The translations under genes and the position numbers were made by a program. Positions 55,311 to 64,000 of a stretch of DNA of 64,000 nucleotides are shown here, one piece after another (position 1 is the first letter of the stretch; every line of letters starts with the position of its first letter). The stretch is from Octopus sinensis (lineage: Eukaryota), in assembly GCF_006345805.1 (NCBI RefSeq), contig NC_042999.1, positions 87,358,001 to 87,422,000 of the forward strand. The letters run 5' to 3'. The notes under the pieces were generated by a model that saw nothing but the letters and a program-made list of their open reading frames with translations, searched no databases and was not told the origin of the DNA.

Positions 55311-56206
55311 GGATCTATTCCATCTCAATCGCAGATTTTTTTATTAATTTTTTTAACTAAACAGTTTGAAACTTCGAATACTGGTGGGATTTCTCACGTA
55401 GAACACGGTTTACTGTGAACTTTTTTGACCAAATGTCGTATTTTCGAAGTTATTTCGTGTTAAAGTTGCCGTATTAGGGTAATTTCAACCAATCAACGAC
55501 ATGTATTCGGTTGAAGAAAGCTGCTGCTGTTTGCGATAGTAATCGAAGAGGAACAACTTCCGGATCATCTCTACTAAATGTCCTCAGCTAACGTTTTTGT
55601 TGTTGACATATATGTAGTTTCAAAGTGTCTTATTTTACAACTATGAGATGTTATTGTTATAATTTTATCTTACTATAATCAACAACAAACATACTTCATC
55701 AATATAAAAGTCTTTATTAGATAAAAAAATAAAATTATCAAAACATGAATGTAAAACAAAACAAATACCGGCTTATACACCGGAAAATACGGCAATTGTA
55801 GTGGCAGTGATGAATTCGCTCGCTGGTTGCTAGTTGATAGCGTAGAAGGGAGGGAAAGAGTAAGGAATACACGGCGAAAACTTAAAAAAAGAAAGGAAGA
55901 AAGGTAGCATCGTCTTCGCACAAGATACGAATAGATCAGAGTGGTGACATTTTGTAGATTTGACCTGGAAGTTGTTCCTCTTCGATTACTATCGCAAACA
56001 GTAATAGCTTTCTTCAACCGAATACACGTTGCTGATTGGTTGAAATTACTCAAATACAACAACTTTAACACGAAATAACTTCTAAAATACGAAATTTAGT
56101 CAAAAACGTTCAGAGTAAATCATGTTTACCAGTATTCGAAGTTACAAACTGTTTAGTTAAAAAAAAAAATTGACTAAAAAATCTGTGATTGAGATGGAAT
56201 AGAACC
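55311..56206. mobile_element. Non-autonomous DNA transposon (MITE) with ~250-bp TIRs and an 8-bp TSD
   Basis: GGATCTATTCCATCTCAATC... pairs with ...GATTGAGATGGAATAGAACC and the arms match for ~250 bp. Flanks are AAAGTTAT / AAAGGTAT. Confidence 0.85.
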
Positions 56207-56759
56207 AAAGGTATTTAAAGCCTGACATTCGAGCATATTTCACTACGTTCATGATTTTGATTATGTCTTCAATTTCCTTCCATAGTTAAACTTATTCAAA
56301 ACCTAACAGCCAGCCATGATTCATGATGTCAAAGATCTCGGTTATCTCTTCGATTTCGTTCCTTAGTTAAGTTTATCGAAAGTGTAACGCTCAAACACAT
56401 GACGTAACAAGCTCAGTAACATTATATAGCTTTTTCGTTAGCAACCAGCCTCCAGATTTACTAAGGATCTGATTCTGGACCCGAAAATAATTCGAAGTTA
56501 ATTTTAAGTAGTCAAGGATTAAAATAATATTTAGTGACTCATTATCGTTTTATATGTTGCATAGTCGTTTGATGTGAAGCGAAGTGGTTTCTTTTTCATT
56601 TAGTTATTTATACTTTAAAAATGCAAGGAAGGCTATTATCGCGAAGGGATAAAGTACATACGTCTTTCAAATGAGTAGTCATCGGTTGATTTTCTAATCA
56701 TTGGTGATGGATTGTGCCCTGGGGCTAGCACAGAGAATTTCCTCACATGTTTATCAGGT

Positions 56760-57206
56760 GGTAAGGAAAGTAAGAAGGCGACGACGATGAAGCAGAAGAA
56801 GGAGGAAGGAGAAGAGGAGAAGGGGAAGGGGGAGAAGAAGGAGGAGGAGGAAGAAAAGAAGAAAAAGAAGGAGAGAGAAATGGGGGTGAATATAGAAAGG
56901 GGTGAAAAGAGAAAGGGGTGAAAAGAGAAAGGGTGAAGAAAGGGAAAGAGGGAAGTGAGAGAAAAGATGAAGAGAAGGAAGGGTTAAGAGAAGTTGAAAA
57001 GAGCGAGAGAGAAGGGGATGAAAGGAGATAGATAGATAGGTAGATAGATAGGTTGATAGGTAGGTAGAGAGAGAGAGAGAGAGGAAGAGAGAGAGGCTGA
57101 AGAAAGCGAAAGAGAAGATGAAGAGAGAAATGGTGAATAGACAGTGAGTGAAGGGAGAGAAAGAATAACGAGAAAGAGTGATGAAGAGAGAGAGATAAAG
57201 ATAAAC

Positions 57207-57247
<41 letters not shown>

Positions 57248-57270
57248 GAAGATGAGAAGTGAAAGAGGAG
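56760..57270. repeat. ~500-bp purine-rich (GA/GAA) low-complexity tract
   Basis: Direct reading. Confidence 0.85.
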
Positions 57271-57558
57271 TCTCTTCACTAATTGACCAATGATGTAAGC
57301 AGGATTTGTTAAGTTCTTTGATAGTTCACAGAATCATAACAGGATTGTGTACCACTTGAATGAAATAGAATGAAGTGGAAAGTTTTTAAAAAATGTAAGA
57401 GATGAGACTGAGGCAATAAACCTTGAAATAAATGAAGAACTGTGGGTGATGGTATTCTAATCTGTAATACTAATTAAGCCAAGGATGGAACTATTACGTG
57501 GACTTTTAAACTGCTAGAAGTAGCAGTAAAATCTCTCCAAATAATCCCCTTTAGTTCA

Positions 57559-59100
57559 GGTACGTTTCGGCACCGCCATTTTGGCGCAAAAGTTGTTTTT
57601 GGTTCTAAAAATACTTTTCTTTTGCGAAAAAATGATTGTTAGTTTAACTATCTTTAAATATTCAAACGTTGATACCAACTCGGCTACTAAACTCAATTGA
57701 ACTGTTTTCTTATGCTGAAGATGGCGCTACTGCTCCTGCGAACAAGTAATATTTGAATTGGCATTTGCTGCTGGCAAACAGGCTCAAGTATTGTGTTTGT
57801 CTTCCATACTTTGCACATATAAGTAACTAAATAATTCTCGTTTATGCATATAATTGAAAAAGTATTAACGAAACGTGATAAGAAAAAAATGTGCATATAA
57901 TGGGGATCCTCTACATTTTCAGTACTACAGACAAAGATGAAAGTGAGTTTAAATTTTAGTAAAATTGGCGAGGTAGGTAGAGATTAAGCCTGTATAGTAA
58001 AGTTGGAGAGGTTGTAAGGGAGTTAAATAGCCATTTTCATTAAGTTTCTACTGCACAACAAGAGAATACACTTTATAAAACTAATAGAAAAGCGAAAGTC
58101 GAGGAGATAGTTACGTTCCTGACTAGTTAATGAATATTTAAGGACATATCTCAAGTTAACCGAGTTGTTATACTTACTTTGAGAAAATAATACATAAAAA
58201 GCGTGATCTAGTGAACAACATATCCACAATTTCAACTGAAATGCATTTTTTTGCACCAAACACAACCCATAACCAGATGTAATCGGAAAACTTTTTAATT
58301 GTTACTGTGGACCAAGCCCTAATCTTCAGAAAAACGAGCAGCTTCAAACATTTACTGACGTCTCGTATGTGGTTTATGGTACATTCAGTATTGTCCATGG
58401 ACTCTCCTCCAGGTTCATATAATGTTGACAAAAATTAAATATGGGGTTTACCTATTTTAGGCGTTTGTAGTGCATTGCTTGTTGGGCAATAGTATCTTTT
58501 ACCCAACAAGCAACATGCCACATAGATAGAATTGTTGGCGTTGTTGAAGGAAAATGAACCCAACTTGAAACTTCAATTATCTAGCATTTCGAATAAGCAG
58601 CACATTATGCTATGATAAAATAAAAGAATGATTTTTTGTTATGCAGTTAAAAAATACAAAACATCTAGTTAGATTAGACTTCAACTCATCAGCATATTAC
58701 TGGAACAGAAACTTCGCTAAAAAAAAAAACTAAAACGATTGTCTTCACATTTGTACCTTTAAGCAAGATTGAAGAATATCTAAATGCTCTCGAGACTAAA
58801 TTGTCGCTAGAACTTCAAAGGGTTGACGGTACAAAACAGGTATAGAAATGGAAGGTGTGTGCTCCTATTTTACCTCGAGATTTGGAACTTTTATCAGATA
58901 ACTTCAGATGGAGAAGACTACGCAAGTAATCATTTAGAAGTAGTTCACGTTCGATTACAATGGGAATTTATATTCACATCATATAGGTGGCCGGTGTAAA
59001 TGTGTAATATATAGAAAGGTAGATATTCAGGTGTGAACCACGGCATAAACAAAAAGAATAATCGAGATGCAGATTAAACAATAGATGAGACATTTTTCAG
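57559..59100 (+). mobile_element. Highly degenerate Mutator-like (MULE) transposase remnant
   Basis: Broken frames read ENFLI...IF...WFM.GTFSIV, YLLPNKQHATY, FE.AA, TFVPLSKIEEYL and EIWNFYQ...GED..SNHLE..H.RLQ. A TIR-like start ggtacgtttcggcaccgccattttggcgc is present. The right TIR was not found. Confidence 0.7.
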
Positions 59101-60158
59101 TTGTGGAAACAAGAGTACTGTCGTGTGGCATGAGTGTCTTTCTCATAATTACCAAATGAAGAACTAAATAAGGTTCAGATAAGTAAACCTAGATTTTATG
59201 CTTGAGTAAGCTTAGAAAAGGCACTTCGGTCTTATATATGGAGATAATGGATCTAAGATTACGTTATACAATACACCTTACCTTGTTTAAGGCTTTAAGT
59301 GTGTGATTTGAGGGAGATCAGCTGCCATTTCCAATACATCGAGTTGCCACTAAGAAGCTCCATATATTGCTTTTAAGGTAGATCAATGTCATGTTTTCAT
59401 TGGATCTAACTCAATATTATTTTGATTGCCAACAAATTTCTATATACCAACTGAGTATTAACATATCTTAAAAACGATTATTGATTTACGAAACGAAGTA
59501 AAGTTTGTCTTTATACAAAATATACTCGACCTTGCTTTTCTTTTTTTGAAATATCTCTTTCATGTCCGATAATTGTACTTTTACCAAGTTATTGTGATTA
59601 TTTCCAGGTCAATTCTGATCCAACAGATCTATCGTCAAATGCATTCCAGCTGTGACTTGGTATATCAAAGTTTACATTGTCCTATGTGTCCTTCATTATT
59701 TAAGATGATAAGGTGTGACATTGAAGGAGATTTATTTGCTATTTCTCGTAAGCTGAACATCCACATAGAGGCCTTCTTCGTTGGATTGGGTATTTAGCAG
59801 TTTTCATCAAATGAAACTTGTTCTATACACGTTTCTAGTTGTGCATTTTTACTAAGCGTACAAAAAGCAACCTCAGTTTTTCACAAGGTAGTTTTTGCTT
59901 CCAGCCATGTTCTTGTTGTTATTGTTCAGCTCCAGACCAGCTCGAACCAAGCATGGCTATGATCAAAAGCGTTTCAGTTGTGGTTATCACGTTTCTTCAG
60001 ATATAGTGTATTTAGGATTACATTATCAAATCAAATATACTTCTCATTTTTTAAGACAGTAGAAAGGGAGATCTGATTGCTATTCATTTCAAGTCGAGCG
60101 ATTGAATACAGATACCCTAGTTTCCATATATTGTTATGTAAATATTTTACTCTGATGA

Positions 60159-60233
<75 letters not shown>

Positions 60234-60234
60234 C

Positions 60235-60290
<56 letters not shown>

Positions 60291-60886
60291 TTGTCTATCT
60301 ATCTATCTGTGTGTGTGTATGTGTGTACCTGTTTGTCTGTGTGTCTGTCTCTGTGTTTGTTTGTGTGTCTTATTGTGTGTATGTGTGTGTGTGCGTGTGT
60401 GTGTGTCTGTAATTAGTTTAAATCAACGAGGTTCTAGAAATTATTAGAAATAGCAACCAAATCACTTTCAAATCACATTCTGTATCTTAATGAAAAACGT
60501 ATTAGATAATGTGGTGTTAGATATATTAATTCTGTGCAAAAAAAAAAAAAAAAAAAAAAAAAAAACAGAGATGGTCACAGTTGAAAGTAGGTCTGCTGGA
60601 TACTGCTAAGTTATTTATTGTGCTTTATCTTTGGTCTTCAGTTCTTCGAGGGAGTGATAAGGGTGTCATCATTATACACAGCATATATTGGGACATTTTT
60701 AGACATGGTTCTTCGAGAATGACCATGGTAAATTTCTTCAAGAAAGAAAGAATGGCAGTCAGAATCGAGCCCAGCTCAAGACTGGTATTTTATTGGCTCC
60801 CAAAGGATGAAAGGTAAAATTGACGTCGGCTGAATATGAACTAAGAGTGGCAGAGAGTTTGAAATATTACCGCAAAGATAACTATC

Positions 60887-61113
60887 TATTTCTTTATTAC
60901 CCACAAGGGGCTAAACACAGAGGGGACAAACAAGGACAGACATAGGTATTAAGTCGATTACATCGACCCCAGTGCGTAACTGGTACTTAATTTATCGACC
61001 CCGAAAGGATGAAAGGCAAAGTCGACCTCGGCGGAATTTGAACTCACAACGTAACGCAGACGAAATACCGCTAAGCATTTCGCCCGGCATGCTAACGTTT
61101 CTGCCAGCTCGCC
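60887..61113 (-). mobile_element. Full-length tRNA-derived SINE, family A
   Basis: Near-identical reverse complement of 53521-53751. Confidence 0.9.
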
Positions 61114-61340
61114 GAACGATGCTATATAATGACGCTGCCAATTGGCCGGCTTGTTTATTTGTTTACTTATTTAAATGAATTGATTGCTAGTTGTGAAGAC
61201 GTTTGGATATATGACCGTTATTGATGTTTTTCTTTCTTTTATTAACAGCTAAAAACAGATTTGAAATATAGGTCATACGATTCCAGGATTACGGCTGACC
61301 AGGAACAAGACTACCACCACCACCACTACCACCACCACTA

Positions 61341-61414
<74 letters not shown>

Positions 61415-61555
61415 GTTGTAGTTCATTCCTTGTCTCCAGGATCTTACACTGCATCCAATGAAGAGTTTAATGAGCCAATAATGTATTCTTTAGATGTATT
61501 TCTTATTTCTCTTCTGTATTTCTTTAGATGTATTCCTTATTTCTCTTCACACCCT

Positions 61556-61590
<35 letters not shown>

Positions 61591-61934
61591 GACATATAGA
61601 CACACGCCTCACTATATGCACATGTATATGTGTATATACGTGTGTGTATGTGATTGAATGTGAGTGTGTGTGTATAAGTATGTATGAGTGTATGTAAGTA
61701 TTCCATTATTCTTTTACTTCTTTCAGTCATTTGACCGCAGGCATGCTGAAGCACTGCCTTTAGTCGAACAAATCGCCCCCAGGACTTATTCTTAGTAAGC
61801 CTAGTACTTATTCCGTCGGTCTCTTTTGCCGAACCGTTAAGTTACGGGGATGTAAACACACCACAATCGGTTGTCAAGTGATAGGGGGACACAAACACAG
61901 CCACACACACACACACACACATACACACATATGA

Positions 61935-61983
<49 letters not shown>

Positions 61984-61987
61984 ACAC

Positions 61988-62146
61988 GGGGTCCTTTCAG
62001 TTTCTGTCTACCAAATCCACTTACAAGGCCTTGGTCAGCAAGAGACTATAGTAGAAGACACTTGCTCAAGGTGCCACGCAGTGGTACTGAACCCGGAACC
62101 ATGCGGTTGGGAAGCAAACTTCTTACAACACAGCCACGCTGCGCCT
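61988..62146 (-). mobile_element. tRNA-derived SINE, family B (other copies ~50445-50590, ~63428-63610, ~39570-39652, ~26100-26400)
   Basis: Reverse strand ggcgcagcgtggctgtgttgtaagaagtttgcttcccaaccgcatggttccgggttcagtaccactg... has tRNA-like A/B boxes and a ...ggtagacagaaactgaaag tail. Confidence 0.8.
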
Positions 62147-62393
62147 TTATATATAATATATAAATATATATACATATATATATATATATATTGTATATAT
62201 ACACATAGATACGTGTATATATACATATATACACTACACTCATATTCATACACACGCACATATATGAATATATGTGTATATATATGTTTATATATATAAA
62301 ATAAATATGTATATCTATAGATAGATCCATGTATATGTATATCCATACATAAATATGTGCAAATATATCTTACATATACACATGCATGTATGC

Positions 62394-62522
<129 letters not shown>

Positions 62523-62543
62523 TATTATATATATATATATAAT

Positions 62544-62617
<74 letters not shown>

Positions 62618-63735
62618 ATATATATATACATATGTACACAGAAGACCATTTCCACACACACACACAAAGGCACACACACACACACACACACGCGCGCGCG
62701 CGCACACAGACACACACAAATGTACACATACAAATATAGGCATAATTTTCAATTCAGAAGGAACAGATAGTAAAATTGATTCTGTTGTAGAAAATAGGAT
62801 GCAAAATAAAAAAAAAAAAAAAAAAAAATTAGGCGAAGTGTTTAGTCGCAATATCCTATTTCCTTGTCATAATTACAACCTGAAGATACATCAGACGAAA
62901 ATACATGCCAGTGGGGGAAAAACAGTGATGTTTAAATATTAAAGACAGAGAATACTATCTCAAACATCTTCTCTTAAACACATAATACTTCAATTCTGTT
63001 GTTATATCGAATATTAGCAACACACACACACACAAACTAACGCAGCCACATCCACACACTCACATATATATATCTATTTTTATCTATTTACACACACACA
63101 CACATACATATTATATTATATATTACATATGTCCTATATTATATATGTCAATAAAGGATTTATATTCAAACGGCTTGGCAACTGATTTTTAGTTCATCTA
63201 TATATAAATAAATTATCAGTAGCTGCAAGTGTTGGTGGTGGGTATTTAATTAAAAAATAAAAACCTCATAAATATTTATAACCTTTATATTTGCAAATGA
63301 AAATTTTTGTTCTACTAGTTATTAAATCTTTAAAAAAGAGAAATGAAGAATTGTATTGTTTCTATAACATAGAAGTATTTATGAAATCTCTTGCAACAGT
63401 TTGGCGTTTTTCCCTCTTTCTCTTCACATAGGCGCAGGGCATGGCTGTCTGGTTAAGAAGTTCGTTTTGCAAACATTTGTTTTCTGTTTGAGATCCACGA
63501 TGTTGGACTTGGGTTATTGTCCTCTAAAACAGCCTCAAATCAACAACGACAAATAATGCCTTGTGACTGAATTCGGAAGACAATAAACTGTACAGAAGTC
63601 CATCGTAGCGAGACGTTCGTGAGACTAAGGCTTTTGTGGATGCGAAACTTTTGGTTACTCTATGACCGGACAGTAACTTAATTTATTTAAATTAAATTTA
63701 TATATATATTATATACATATTTATATATAGAGTGC

Positions 63736-63783
<48 letters not shown>

Positions 63784-64000
63784 AAGAGAGAGAGAGAAAG
63801 AGAAAGAGAATATATTTTTCAGTCTTTGTTTCTCTCTATTTACTCGTATACATGCACGTATATTTGATATATCTAGCCCAATCAGTTTTATTAGTTTATT
63901 TGTGTCATTATCTCCATATCTGCTCACCTTGATTCCTCCGATAGTCAGCCATGTATATATATATATATATATTATATATATATATACATCCTATCCGAAA

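Noticed and set aside
58174-58431. Minus-strand ORF superficially resembling piggyBac transposase
   Set aside because: It is the antisense of the MULE remnant, whose motifs are clear on the plus strand.

Overview
AT-rich, microsatellite-saturated animal genomic DNA. The repeat complement suggests a coleoid cephalopod, probably Octopus (inference, not verified). The one host gene I can support is the 3' end of an acetylcholinesterase-like gene on the minus strand. Its last catalytic-domain exon is at 46954-46773 (GDPN...CAFWKEYLPRLVAAT). This splices in phase across a ~36 kb intron to a terminal exon at 10628-10486 encoding a WAT/T-type oligomerisation peptide (LDISEAEKQWKMQF...DWRHQFENF...C). 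A possible alternative hydrophobic (H-like) terminal exon lies at 25885-25716. Upstream AChE exons were not found and probably lie beyond position 64000. The rest is mostly decayed mobile DNA: HERO and R4/Dong RLE retrotransposons sitting in microsatellites, CR1, RTE and Penelope fragments, DD36E Tc1, DD37D maT and MULE transposons, MITEs and three SINE families. The most notable non-coding signal is a set of type I hammerhead ribozyme motifs with palindromic stem III. One sits in a young 594-bp non-coding unit with identical 166-bp terminal repeats (34401-35160, retrozyme-like). Two more lie in the sense orientation of the AChE intron (12607-12689 and 20489-20574). Nearly all listed ORFs are microsatellite artefacts.
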